Source: an uncultured Woeseia sp.
GTDB lineage: Bacteria; Pseudomonadota; Gammaproteobacteria; Steroidobacterales; Woeseiaceae
DNA: 64,000 bases
Reading direction: 5' to 3'
NCBI GenBank assembly: GCA_913031125.1
Contig: CAJWFK010000005.1
Location: 15,671-79,670, forward strand
In this document: positions 38,157 to 48,252 of the stretch, piece by piece
Position numbering within the stretch: position 1 is the stretch's first letter
Layout of the letters: each line of letters starts with the position of its first letter
The notes under the pieces: generated by a model
The model's input: only the letters and a program-made list of their open reading frames with translations
What the model was told of the DNA's origin: nothing
The model's database searches: none
Translations under genes and position numbers: made by a program

Positions 38157-39692
38157 ATGTCTAGCTATCTTAAAGCAATCGCACTAATCGCGAGTACTGC
38201 TCTTTCCGCGTGTTCTACCGAAAAAATACAAACCTGTACCAATGACACCGGCTTCCTCATAACTAATATATCGCTCATAGACGGCTCTGGTTCAGCACCG
38301 ATCTCGGCCAGTGTCCGCGTTAGTGAGTCGATGATTCTGGAGATTGGGGAACTGGATGCCTGCGAAGGAGAAATGGTCGTCAATGGCAACGGTAAAGTTC
38401 TAGCGCCCGGATTTATCGATACCCATAGTCATGCAGATGGGGATATCTTCGATAGACCAGACGCACTGCCGGTGATTAGCCAAGGTATAACGACTATCGT
38501 CGTAGGGCAGGATGGCCGCTCCCCATACCCTCTTTCCAACTTTTTCGAGAAGCTTGATGCTGCGCCTGCCACTATCAACGTCAGCTCTTATATTGGACAC
38601 GGCACTTTACGATCAAAAGTAATGGGTGATGATTTCCGGCGTGCGGCTACCAAAGACGAAATCGAACAAATGCAGCATCTGCTATCAATCGAACTGGAGA
38701 GCGGAGCACTCGGGATAGCCACTGGCCTCGAATACGAACCTGGTATCCACTCGGAAACATCAGAGGTACTGACTCTCGCTAAAGTTGTCGCGGAGACCGG
38801 TGGGCACTATATCAGCCATGTGCGGAGCGAGGACCGCTGGTTTGAAGATGCCATTGACGAGATTATCCTTATTGGCCGCGAGACAGGTATGCCAGTGCAA
38901 ATCTCACATTTAAAACTCGCAATGAAACGACTTTGGGGTAGTGCTGCTGATCTCATCAGAAAGCTCGAAGCAGCCCGAGCTGAGGGTATTAATATCACTG
39001 CTGATATCTATCCCTACGAATATTGGCAATCGACAATCATGGTCCTGTTGCCGGACCGCGATCACACGAATCGCGAGACGATTGCTGAAGTGCTGGACCA
39101 GATCGCGCCGCCCGACGGCCTGTGGATGACGCGCTTCCAGCCCAACCCGGATTATGTGGGCAAATCGCTCACTGAAATTGCGGCGCTGCGAGAAGTCGAT
39201 GTCATTACTGCGTTTACCGAGATCGCGCAGGAAGCGCTCGACTGGGAGGCCGAACATGGTGAGCGTGCCGAGATGATCATCGGTACGAGCATGGTGGAAG
39301 CGGACATCCATCAACTCCTGTCATGGCCGCACGCGAACATCTGCACGGACGGTGGACTGCGCGACCTGCACCCTCGCGGCGCAGGATCGTATCCGCGCAT
39401 TCTCGGGCGTTATGTTCGTGAACAAGAGGTAATGCCATTGGCCGAAGCGGTTCGCAAGATGACGAGCCTCGCAGCCGAGCACATGGGGATCACAGATCGC
39501 GGTCTAATTAAAACAGGCATGGCTGCGGACTTAGTACTTTTTGATCCAGAAACTGTGATTGATCACGCAACACCTCTGCAACCGACGTTACTCTCGACAG
39601 GTATTGATTCAGTTTGGGTAAACGGTGAACTAGTCTATGCGGAAAACATAGCAACAGCTGCCCGGCCCGGCAAAGTTATTCGTAAGAATTAA
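38157..39692 (+). CDS. N-acyl-D-amino-acid deacylase (D-aminoacylase) family amidohydrolase, lipoprotein
   Basis: Lipobox LSAC after MSSYLKAIALIASTA. GFIDTHSHAD metal motif. Family-typical C-terminal DLVLFDP…V.VNG. Confidence 0.8.
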   Translation: MSSYLKAIALIASTALSACSTEKIQTCTNDTGFLITNISLIDGSGSAPISASVRVSESMILEIGELDACEGEMVVNGNGKVLAPGFIDTHSHADGDIFDRPDALPVISQGITTIVVGQDGRSPYPLSNFFEKLDAAPATINVSSYIGHGTLRSKVMGDDFRRAATKDEIEQMQHLLSIELESGALGIATGLEYEPGIHSETSEVLTLAKVVAETGGHYISHVRSEDRWFEDAIDEIILIGRETGMPVQISHLKLAMKRLWGSAADLIRKLEAARAEGINITADIYPYEYWQSTIMVLLPDRDHTNRETIAEVLDQIAPPDGLWMTRFQPNPDYVGKSLTEIAALREVDVITAFTEIAQEALDWEAEHGERAEMIIGTSMVEADIHQLLSWPHANICTDGGLRDLHPRGAGSYPRILGRYVREQEVMPLAEAVRKMTSLAAEHMGITDRGLIKTGMAADLVLFDPETVIDHATPLQPTLLSTGIDSVWVNGELVYAENIATAARPGKVIRKN

Positions 39693-40810
39693 TTTGTTGT
39701 CAGGGCTTGGACCGCAAGCTCTGCAACTTGACTCCCTAGATCATAGGCAGATTGTTCAAGCGAATTACAGAAAGTTACCACTGACATACTTAATGCGGGG
39801 AAGCGATTATAAAATGCTGTGTATGACACCCAACTACCACCATGGCCAATCATGTATTGACCATGAGTCTCATTGATTCTCAACCCAAATGCGTAATTAA
39901 CGTTTCGCGGACCTTCGTCAGTGTATTCAATTGTGGCCGGGTGTGGAGTTTCCACCACATCTATTAAAGACCGTTTACCTTTACCTAGCTGGTTAGTATA
40001 AAAATTCTGGTCCCACTTAATAAAATCATCAAGCGTTGTGAAGACGCCTCCATCACCGACATAATCAAGATTGGTCATAAACACTTCCCATGAACCGACA
40101 TCAGTTTTCCGATACCCATAGGCCCGTTTTGGGATTACCTGATCAACGTTATCGTTAAATAAGGTATTTCCCATCTCAAGAGGCCTAAATAGTTCCTCTT
40201 CGGCGAACTCGCTTAGTGTTTTTCCGCTAACACTCTCAATAACATGTGCCAGCAAAAAATAAGCCAAGTTGGAATATTCATATTGAATACCTGGCTCATG
40301 ATTTAGGTCAGCTTTCGTAACCATGTTGTAGAACTCGTCAATCGTAGAGTAGTCCTCATTACCAAACCTGAACTCGGAACCATCGGCCTTAAGAAATGCT
40401 GCATGATCATAGTCACCCATGCCTGATATGTGATGCACCATTTGGCGAATAGTGACAGGCTGTCCGTAGTCCATCAGGTCAGGCAGATACTCATGCACAT
40501 CAGCATCAAGATCAAGTGCGCCTCGCTCGGACAGAATAGCTATTGACATTGCAGTGAACTGTTTTGAAACAGAGCCAATCCTAAATACAGATTCCGATGT
40601 CAATGGGACCCCGTGCTCCATATTGGCAAGTCCGTATGCATTTTTATGAATATATTGGCCATTATGAATCACTCCGGCAACACAGCCAGGCTCGGCATCT
40701 CGGTTAATACCAGCAAATACTCTGTCAATCGACAAAGCTAGCTTTTCATCCGCAAATGCCATAGGCAGCATAAAAATTAGCAAGACTATGCCGAGCGTCA
40801 TTCTAATCAT
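39689..40810 (-). CDS. Exported serine hydrolase of the class-C beta-lactamase / DD-peptidase fold
   Basis: 373 aa with a signal peptide. SVSKQ (SxxK), YSN (YxN), GHGG (KTG/HTG equivalent). Confidence 0.8.
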   Translation of the reverse strand: MIRMTLGIVLLIFMLPMAFADEKLALSIDRVFAGINRDAEPGCVAGVIHNGQYIHKNAYGLANMEHGVPLTSESVFRIGSVSKQFTAMSIAILSERGALDLDADVHEYLPDLMDYGQPVTIRQMVHHISGMGDYDHAAFLKADGSEFRFGNEDYSTIDEFYNMVTKADLNHEPGIQYEYSNLAYFLLAHVIESVSGKTLSEFAEEELFRPLEMGNTLFNDNVDQVIPKRAYGYRKTDVGSWEVFMTNLDYVGDGGVFTTLDDFIKWDQNFYTNQLGKGKRSLIDVVETPHPATIEYTDEGPRNVNYAFGLRINETHGQYMIGHGGSWVSYTAFYNRFPALSMSVVTFCNSLEQSAYDLGSQVAELAVQALTTN

Positions 40811-43800
40811 CTAATTACCTCTAACTGAATACTGATCCTTAAGTTCCGCAAGCTCTTTTGCAAGAGCAGTGTATCGATCCGCTGCTTCAACACCGGGCGC
40901 CTGATCTGCCTTGTTCACCATATTATATAAGTAGCTGATCTGGTCGATCAGCATGGGCTGTGGATAAATTATGTCTGCCGTTTCCAGTTGCTTTAGAGTC
41001 TCAGTCACCAGCAACAACCGATTTGCATCGTCTGGTTTTAGCTGTATCCTGCGGCCTTCAAGGTCTTTTTGTTCATCAGAAGCTTGTTTTTTAAGTTTAC
41101 GAGCCTCAGATATTAAATCCACTAGCATCAGTGAAAAAGCGACTTGTACATCAACATCCGTAATTGTTGTTCCTTGCGCGATGAGCCGGGGATCCATTTG
41201 CAACACGAGACCTTGCTCCCCAACAACTTCATTACCAACACGCAGCCGCACGATGTAGTTACCGGGTCGTGCCATTGGCCCACGAGCATAAAGATCATCT
41301 GCTTTTTCTGACCAGGGCCCGAGATGAGTCATATCCCAATGGAAACGATTCATACCAGATTGACCCGCTAATATTTGGCGACTAATCAATTCCCTCTGGC
41401 TTAATGCCATATTTTCTATCTGCTCTACACTCGAGCCGTTTTGATCCCCAAGCTGGCTTTCATAGGAATTAACTACTTGCCCAAGTTCGTCCAGTATGTC
41501 GAGATGGACAACACTGTTTTGACTTGGAGGAAGGTAATAATCAATGATTACAGATGGTGGCGGATAATCTGGTACCCCATTAGTACTCTGGCGACCATAC
41601 ACGCTCCTATAACGGATCGTTGGCTCAGGCGCAAAGAGTATTGGCCTGTCACCAAGAGTTTCGAATGGCTGTTGCCTTAATGCAGTAATATTGTCCAACA
41701 CCCAGAATGAGCGCCCCATAGTTGAGAGGACTAAGTCTCCCCGCACAATCTTTATATCTGTAACTGGCGTTACTGCCAGATTTTGCTGGAAACGGTGCCA
41801 GGACTTGCCATCGTCCAGCGAGATGAACATACCAAACTCCGTGCCAGCAAAGAGTAATCCTTCCCGAACTGGATCTTCCCTGATCACACGCGTTGGAAAA
41901 TTTTCTGGGATTCCATTACTGCCGGTGGTTAAAAGTTGCCAGCGTCTACCATAATCATCAGTCCTATAGATGTATGGCTTCCAGTCTCCCAGCTGATAAC
42001 GATGAACAGCGATATAGGCTTTGGCGGGGTTATGAGGAGACGGTTCGACGGCATCAACTCGACCGCCGGGTGGGAGTCCACGTGGTGTAACTTCCTGCCA
42101 ATCTTCACCGTGATTTAATGTCCGGTATACCGGTCCATCATTGGCACCTGACCATATAATCCCTGGCTCTACGGTTGATTCACGTAAGCTATATATCGTG
42201 CTGTAGAACTCCTCCCCAGTTATATCTCGGGTAATTGGACTTCCAGATATCACCTGTTTACTTTCGTCGAATGCAGTTAAGTCTGGCGAAATGGTTTCCC
42301 AAGTCTCTCCTTCATCGGTAGTGCGATGAACATATTGCGATGCATGATAAATAATCCCAGGGTCATGCGGCGACACATGAATCGGAGAGACGCGCTGGAA
42401 CCGATACTCAAGGTCTTTCGGGTTGTGCCCGTACATATTCGTCGCACCAACATAGTAACCCCTCTCAGTGCCAATACGTTTATCAAAAACTGAGAACCGA
42501 CCCTTGCAGTTTGCATACACAATGTTGTGATCACCAGGTTTGGGTACTGCCGGACCCGTCTCGCAACCGCCTGCATCGACAAGCCATGCGGCCGGGTCCT
42601 GTGCACGAAAAGGTGGCATGCTGGGTATTGCAATGGTGGTCGAATTATCCTGCTGTCCCCCATAAAGCCAATATGGATATTGATCGTCTACTTCCACTTG
42701 GTATAACTCTGCCGTAGGTTGATTGAACTGCGTCGACCATGTCTTGCCACCATTGTGGGTGATATTGGCGCCACCATCATTGCTTTGAATAAATAATTCT
42801 GGGTTAGTAGGGCTAATCCACATATCATGGTTATCGCCATGTGGGGTCCGGAGGTGCTCCCAACTAATACCTCCATCCGAGGACTTCATGTTGCGAGTAG
42901 CCATTACGTAAACGATGTCTGCATCGTGCGGATGCACATCGACATTCCCGTAGTAGAAAGGGCGCGTGCGAATAGATTCTGCATTAGAGACCAGAGAGAA
43001 AGTCTGGCCCTGATCGATCGACTTATATAATCCACCTGCATCGTCAGGCGCCTCAACCAGTGCATATACGATATTCGAATGTGATGCTGGTATCGCCAGA
43101 TCAATTTTACCAATCAACCCCGAAGGCAAACCTTGGGTGATTTTCTCCCAACTTATACCTCCATCGACTGATTTATAAATACCTCCCTCATCTTGTTGCC
43201 CACCCGAAATTATTGTCCATGGTTTTCGTTCTGCCTTCCACGCTGTCGCAAAAACAATATTTGGATTGCTTGGTAATAATTCGATATCGGAAAAGCCAAC
43301 AGTATCTGATATATAAAGTACTTGGTCCCAGTCCTTTCCCCCGTTTATCGTCTTATAAATACCCCTCTCTGCATTTGGGTTGAAGGCCTGGCCTATAGCA
43401 GCTACCCATACGGTACTATGATCAGTTGGATCTATTTCAACAGCGCCTATATGCCCAGTATTGCGCAACCCAATGTGTTTCCACGTTGTTCCGCCATCAA
43501 CGGATTTATACATCCCTTTTCCAACAATTACGTTGCTGCGGAAGCCATCTGAACCAGTACCAACATAAATAATATTGGCATCATTTTGTGCAATGCTAAT
43601 ATCTCCAATCGACGGAGTCTCAAAATAGCCATCCGAAACGTTATGCCAGCTGGTTCCATAATCTTCTGTTTTCCAAAGACCTCCCCCGGATGCACCAAGA
43701 AAGAATGTCGAAGGACTCACCACAGTCCCGGCAACCGCTGTGACACGTCCACCACGGGACGGGCCAATATTACGATATTTAAGATTGCTGAAATCCTGTG

Positions 43801-43903
43801 CTACCAAAGTAAGCGGGATTAGTACGCACGCACAAAATGCAGGGATAACTTTAATTGCTTTCATTATTATTATTTTAGGTGACCGTTTTGCGTGCCTGAA
43901 CAT
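40811..43903 (-). CDS. Exported BNR/sortilin(VPS10)-type repeat beta-propeller protein
   Basis: About 1,020-1,030 aa. Repeated S.DGG.TW / S.D.G.TW BNR-like motifs (TEDYGTSW, SVDGGTTW, SVDGGISW, SDGGISW, TDEGETW…). Alternative ATG at 43864. Confidence 0.7.
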   Translation of the reverse strand: MFRHAKRSPKIIIMKAIKVIPAFCACVLIPLTLVAQDFSNLKYRNIGPSRGGRVTAVAGTVVSPSTFFLGASGGGLWKTEDYGTSWHNVSDGYFETPSIGDISIAQNDANIIYVGTGSDGFRSNVIVGKGMYKSVDGGTTWKHIGLRNTGHIGAVEIDPTDHSTVWVAAIGQAFNPNAERGIYKTINGGKDWDQVLYISDTVGFSDIELLPSNPNIVFATAWKAERKPWTIISGGQQDEGGIYKSVDGGISWEKITQGLPSGLIGKIDLAIPASHSNIVYALVEAPDDAGGLYKSIDQGQTFSLVSNAESIRTRPFYYGNVDVHPHDADIVYVMATRNMKSSDGGISWEHLRTPHGDNHDMWISPTNPELFIQSNDGGANITHNGGKTWSTQFNQPTAELYQVEVDDQYPYWLYGGQQDNSTTIAIPSMPPFRAQDPAAWLVDAGGCETGPAVPKPGDHNIVYANCKGRFSVFDKRIGTERGYYVGATNMYGHNPKDLEYRFQRVSPIHVSPHDPGIIYHASQYVHRTTDEGETWETISPDLTAFDESKQVISGSPITRDITGEEFYSTIYSLRESTVEPGIIWSGANDGPVYRTLNHGEDWQEVTPRGLPPGGRVDAVEPSPHNPAKAYIAVHRYQLGDWKPYIYRTDDYGRRWQLLTTGSNGIPENFPTRVIREDPVREGLLFAGTEFGMFISLDDGKSWHRFQQNLAVTPVTDIKIVRGDLVLSTMGRSFWVLDNITALRQQPFETLGDRPILFAPEPTIRYRSVYGRQSTNGVPDYPPPSVIIDYYLPPSQNSVVHLDILDELGQVVNSYESQLGDQNGSSVEQIENMALSQRELISRQILAGQSGMNRFHWDMTHLGPWSEKADDLYARGPMARPGNYIVRLRVGNEVVGEQGLVLQMDPRLIAQGTTITDVDVQVAFSLMLVDLISEARKLKKQASDEQKDLEGRRIQLKPDDANRLLLVTETLKQLETADIIYPQPMLIDQISYLYNMVNKADQAPGVEAADRYTALAKELAELKDQYSVRGN

Positions 43904-44005
43904 ATCATCAAATCAGAAATTAGACAGCAACCTATCCAATAGCTAGTGTCTATCAGCATAGCAACATCGAACCAAAAAAGATTGGATGAATAGTACTCCT
44001 TAAAC

Positions 44006-45331
44006 ATGGGAAACATAGAGCTTATGGTTAAAAAAATAATGGCGAGACTTCTAATTTTCTGCGCAGCGCCTGTACTGTATGCATGTGACAATGAATCTAA
44101 GCAAAACACGAATACACATGCAGATAAAATCATTGTCCATTGCGGCCTCCTGATAGATGGCTTATCTAATCAGGCCAAGTCTGATCAAACTATTACGATC
44201 CTAGATGGCCGGATCATAGACGTAGCGGACAACATTAAAGCAAACCACACTATCGACCTGTCTGATCTGACTTGTCTGCCCGGGCTAATAGATACACATA
44301 CCCACATTACCGAAGGTCCAAATCTGGCAGATCTTAGCGTTTACTACGACCTGACACTCGAAGAAACGATGGAGGTATCTAGGGTAAACACAGCGATTAC
44401 CCTTGCGGCAGGCTTTACCACTGTAAGAAACCTTGGTGCTTACTATGGGTGGGCGGGGAAAGAATTGCGTCATCGAATTGAGCGAGGAGACTTCCCTGGG
44501 CCACGAATACAGACCGCTGGCTATTATCTTACGATTCCTTCTGGCGGCGGCGATTTAGTTATACCGGGATATCCAGAAGAAAAAATACCTGCTCATGTTC
44601 GATTGGGTGTAGGACGTGGCGCGGAGGATTTTGCAGCAAAAGCAAAAATAGCCGTTGACGGTGGCGCAGACGTCCTAAAGGCTATCGCCTCAGGAGCTGT
44701 ACTTGCATTTGGCGGGGTACCAGGCTCTCCAGAAATGACACAGGAAGAACTTTCTGCAGCAGTTGAAGTGGCGCATGCTGCCAACATTAAGTTAACCGCC
44801 CATGCACATGGTGCCGAATCTATTAAACAAGCGATTCTCGCCGGAGCTGACTCTATCGAGCACGCTTCCCTGGCGGATGATGAGGCCATTACTCTTGCGG
44901 TCGAGAATCGCGTCGCTTTTTCCATGGATATTTATAATGGAGACTATATATCTGCAGTAGGTGAGGAAGAAGGTTGGCCCGAAGAGTTTTTAAGGAAAAA
45001 CGATGAAACAACAGAAGCACAACGACAAACTTTCACTAAAGCGCATGCCGCCGGTGTGCCCATCATTTATGGAACCGATGCCGGCGTTTATCCGCATGGT
45101 CACAACGCGAAACAATTTCGTATCATGGTGGAGCGTGGTATGACGTCAATGGAAGCTATTAAGTCTGCAACGTCTGTTGCAGCCGATTTTATCGGTTGGG
45201 AAGACGCGGTAGGGGCTATAGAACCAGGGCGCTATGGCGACATTATTGCAGTCCGGGGCAATCCGCTTGAGGACATCACAATTCTAGAAAATGTAGAGGT
45301 GGTTATAAAAGGCGGGAAGCGCTTCAACTGA
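44006..45331 (+). CDS. Amidohydrolase-superfamily metallo-hydrolase (COG1228-like), lipoprotein
   Basis: 441 aa. Lipobox LYAC. PGLIDTHTH, HAHG, GTDAG. Paralogue class of the 23565-24938 product. Confidence 0.75.
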   Translation: MGNIELMVKKIMARLLIFCAAPVLYACDNESKQNTNTHADKIIVHCGLLIDGLSNQAKSDQTITILDGRIIDVADNIKANHTIDLSDLTCLPGLIDTHTHITEGPNLADLSVYYDLTLEETMEVSRVNTAITLAAGFTTVRNLGAYYGWAGKELRHRIERGDFPGPRIQTAGYYLTIPSGGGDLVIPGYPEEKIPAHVRLGVGRGAEDFAAKAKIAVDGGADVLKAIASGAVLAFGGVPGSPEMTQEELSAAVEVAHAANIKLTAHAHGAESIKQAILAGADSIEHASLADDEAITLAVENRVAFSMDIYNGDYISAVGEEEGWPEEFLRKNDETTEAQRQTFTKAHAAGVPIIYGTDAGVYPHGHNAKQFRIMVERGMTSMEAIKSATSVAADFIGWEDAVGAIEPGRYGDIIAVRGNPLEDITILENVEVVIKGGKRFN

Positions 45332-45405
45332 TGATTTTGATTATTGAAGCCAAAATAGTGCTGCTGGGTTATTATCTTGGAATCCGTTCAGAGGAATATA
45401 TAAAA

Positions 45406-46395
45406 ATGAAAAAACTACGACTTCTGGCGGCAGCGTCCCTGTTGTGCGCTGCAATCACTATTTCAGCAATTCATCCTTACCGTGCCGAAACTGGCTGGGG
45501 TGATATCGGCCGCGAATGGGGCTCGGTAAGTGCTGTCTATACTACTCCTGAAGGCAATGTTTGGGTGGCGGAAAGATGTGGTGAAAACACGTGCGTCGGG
45601 CATGATGACCTTGATAATGTTTTCCTTTTTGACCCAGACGGCAATCTTCTTAAAAGTTTTGGCGCTGGTCTTTTCACCTGGCCACATGGGATACATGTGG
45701 ATTCAAAGGGTAACGTATGGATCACCGATGCTAGGGGTGATGATGCGGGACGTGGCCACCAGGTTCATAAATTCAGTCCCTCCGGAGAACGACTTATGAG
45801 CCTCGGTAAGGCCGGCAAAGCTGGTTCAGATATGGATGAGTTTAATGGCCCATCGGACGTGTTAGTAGCACCAGATGGCAGTATCTTTGTTGCTGACGGA
45901 CATGGATCCCAAGGCAATAACCGAATCATGAAATTCGATGCTAATGGCAATTTTATTAAAACTTGGGGCGAAACCGGAAAAGAAGATGGCGAATTTAGAG
46001 ATCCACACGCACTGGCGATGGATTCCACTGGCCGTTTATTTGTCGGAGATCGCGGAAATAGCCGAACCCAAATTTTTGATCAAGACGGTAACCACCTGGA
46101 AACCTGGACCCAGTTTGGACGACCAAGTGGCCTATTTATAGATGGCGACGATATCCTGTACGCTGCTGATTCTGAATCAAATGCGACTTGGGGCGCTAAC
46201 CGAGGTTACCTGCGTGGAATTTATATTGGTAGCGCATTTGATGGTTTCGTAATGTTCCATATACCTGACCCTAACCAGGATCCTGATAACGCTAGTACTA
46301 CGGCCGCCGAAGGCGTAGCTGTGGACAAGGACGGTAACATTTACGGTGCTGAAGTTGGACCTCGTCAAATTGTTAAATATATAAAGCGCCGATAA
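45406..46395 (+). CDS. Exported NHL-repeat six-bladed beta-propeller (peptidyl-alpha-hydroxyglycine amidating-lyase-like)
   Basis: Signal peptide MKKLRLLAAASLLCAAITISA. Repeated NHL-like units (…PHGIHVDSKGNVWITD…, …PSDVLVAPDGSIFVADG…, …PHALAMDSTGRLFVGDR…). GAGGAA Shine-Dalgarno before ATG 45406. Confidence 0.65.
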   Translation: MKKLRLLAAASLLCAAITISAIHPYRAETGWGDIGREWGSVSAVYTTPEGNVWVAERCGENTCVGHDDLDNVFLFDPDGNLLKSFGAGLFTWPHGIHVDSKGNVWITDARGDDAGRGHQVHKFSPSGERLMSLGKAGKAGSDMDEFNGPSDVLVAPDGSIFVADGHGSQGNNRIMKFDANGNFIKTWGETGKEDGEFRDPHALAMDSTGRLFVGDRGNSRTQIFDQDGNHLETWTQFGRPSGLFIDGDDILYAADSESNATWGANRGYLRGIYIGSAFDGFVMFHIPDPNQDPDNASTTAAEGVAVDKDGNIYGAEVGPRQIVKYIKRR

Positions 46396-46530
46396 TCATG
46401 GGACGATTGAAGCAGCGTAATCCCTGAGTTTTGGTAAACAGAATATTCTCAAACCAAGTGACTTTTTAGATTTGCTTTTGTATTCCTGTTTCACAATCTG
46501 TGCTAGCGTTGCATATAGTGGAATACACGC

Positions 46531-46559
46531 TTACAAGAGGATCATCTAGACTCTAGAAT
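46531..46559 (+). promoter_or_regulatory. Candidate sigma-70-type promoter of the corrinoid methyltransferase operon
   Basis: TTACAA-N17-TAGAAT in the 259-nt AT-rich gap upstream of 46655. TAGAAT-like -10 boxes also precede other plus-strand genes (16040, 18047, about 30096). Confidence 0.3.
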
Positions 46560-46654
46560 TTTAATAATTAAGTAATAACATTTTTATTTTGACCAAACCG
46601 CGGCATCAGAAAGCGGAATTATTGAAGATACCCTAGGAATAGAAGGATCAAAAA

Positions 46655-47347
46655 ATGTCAGACGAGGAAGACGACATAATACTTGCTGAGCTGCCCGATG
46701 ATGAACTCGTTGAGCAGATGTGGGATGACCTCTATGATGGCCTCGCAGAAGAAATTGCCGAAGGTACTGAGATCCTTTTGGCTCGCGATTGGGAGCCAAA
46801 AAAAGTACTTGATGACGCTCTAGTCGGTGGGATGAACATAGTTGGAGAGGATTTCCGCGACGGGATTTTATTTGTTCCTGAAGTATTGTTGGCAGCAAAT
46901 GCAATGAAAGCTGGGATGGCTATCCTGCGACCTCTTCTTGCGGAAACCGGTGCGAAACCGATTGGCAAAATGGTTATTGGCACGGTCAAAGGAGATATCC
47001 ACGACATAGGGAAAAATCTCGTCGGGATGATGATGGAAGGAGCTGGCTTCGAAGTTATCGATCTTGGAATAAATACTGATGCGGATGCCTATCTGGAGGC
47101 TCTAGAGAAGGAAAAGCCGGAAATTCTCGGAATGTCGGCATTGCTGACAACTACAATGCCATACATGAAGGTTGTAATAGATACGATGAAAGAGCGTGGC
47201 ATTCGCGAAGAATACATAGTGTTGGTTGGTGGTGCTCCGTTAAATGAAGAATTTGGGAGTGCGATTGGAGCTGACGCTTATTGCAGGGACGCAGCAACTG
47301 CCGTTGAAGTAGCCAAGGATTTGGTTACGCAGCGGCGCGCATCTTAA
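46655..47347 (+). CDS. Corrinoid (B12-binding) methyl-carrier protein
   Basis: 230 aa. Helical cap plus Rossmann B12 domain with DxHxxG (GDIHDIGKN), SALLTT, LVGGAPL. Unusually acidic N-terminal extension. GAAGGA Shine-Dalgarno. Confidence 0.9.
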   Translation: MSDEEDDIILAELPDDELVEQMWDDLYDGLAEEIAEGTEILLARDWEPKKVLDDALVGGMNIVGEDFRDGILFVPEVLLAANAMKAGMAILRPLLAETGAKPIGKMVIGTVKGDIHDIGKNLVGMMMEGAGFEVIDLGINTDADAYLEALEKEKPEILGMSALLTTTMPYMKVVIDTMKERGIREEYIVLVGGAPLNEEFGSAIGADAYCRDAATAVEVAKDLVTQRRAS

Positions 47348-47356
47348 ATTGGTACG

Positions 47357-47959
47357 ATGGAAAAAGGCGCTCTGCTTATCGCATGCGGGGCACTTGCCAA
47401 GGAATTGGTTGAGCTGCAACGACGAAACCACTGGAACTTCTTGCGGATCCAGTGCCTTCCGGCCGAACTGCACAACACACCAGAAGAAATTCCTCGTGCC
47501 GTTGAAGAAGTTGTTCAGATTCAAAAAAACAATTTCCAACATATATTTATTGCCTACGCCGACTGTGGAACAGGCGGCAAGCTAGACGAAGTTGTTAACA
47601 AATATGGCCTCCGGCGCATTCCAGGTGCTCACTGCTACGAATTTTTTGCAGGAATATCCATATTTCACGAACTCAGTAATGAAGAAATAGGCACATTTTA
47701 TCTAACCGATTTCCTAGTGCGACACTTTGACCGGTTAGTAGTAGGGAGTCTCGGCTTGGACCGAACCCCAGAATTGAAAAAAATGTATTTTGGGAACTAC
47801 CGGCGGCTAGTCTATTTGGTGCAACAAAAATCGGATGATTTATCGCAAATGGCCCGTGACCACGCAAAATTTCTAGGACTGGAATATATGGAAAAGTACA
47901 CAGGTCTAAAACCGTTTGAAAAAAACCTTAAAGAGCAGGCTATTCAATGGCTAAACTAA
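47357..47959 (+). CDS. DUF1638-family protein (function unknown; associated with corrinoid methyltransferase loci)
   Basis: 200 aa. Assignment by recollection of DUF1638 features (…YADCGTGG…, …YLTDFLVRHFD…) and by operon context. Confidence 0.5.
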   Translation: MEKGALLIACGALAKELVELQRRNHWNFLRIQCLPAELHNTPEEIPRAVEEVVQIQKNNFQHIFIAYADCGTGGKLDEVVNKYGLRRIPGAHCYEFFAGISIFHELSNEEIGTFYLTDFLVRHFDRLVVGSLGLDRTPELKKMYFGNYRRLVYLVQQKSDDLSQMARDHAKFLGLEYMEKYTGLKPFEKNLKEQAIQWLN

Positions 47960-48252
47960 TTAGCATTTACTGGCGGGACATCCCGTCGCATGTGGTTGGG
48001 AAAGCGGGACGTGCTAAAGCGAAAAAAGAGCTAGAACCGCGGTTTGCGAAAGCAATTGATCGCGCTGCAATGCGTGCCGGACGAGGTTCCAGCGACGCAT
48101 ATCTGGCCGACTGGCGACGAGAATCGGAAATCGTCTCTGGCGATCTTGAAGCACTCGTAGCAGAACGCGTAGCAAAATTGGAAAGTGAATTCGACGAGCA
48201 ATATCTGGAATCCGTTGTAAAAGCAGGTGGTCTCATAGGAGAAGTAAAGTAA
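47947..48252 (+). CDS. Small 'virulence factor'-domain protein (function unknown)
   Basis: 101 aa. ISIYWRDIPSHV… N-terminus as I recall for the family found beside pterin-binding/B12 genes. Overlaps the upstream gene by 13 nt. Confidence 0.45.
   Translation: MAKLISIYWRDIPSHVVGKAGRAKAKKELEPRFAKAIDRAAMRAGRGSSDAYLADWRRESEIVSGDLEALVAERVAKLESEFDEQYLESVVKAGGLIGEVK

Noticed and set aside
46396-46654. Possible cobalamin riboswitch or other leader RNA in the 259-nt gap upstream of the corrinoid operon
   Set aside because: I looked for a B12-box-like element (…GCCACTG…) and the multi-stem core and found neither. Only an 8-bp palindrome (GAATATTC) and a weak 4-bp hairpin (CCGC…GCGG) are present. An Infernal/Rfam scan would settle it.
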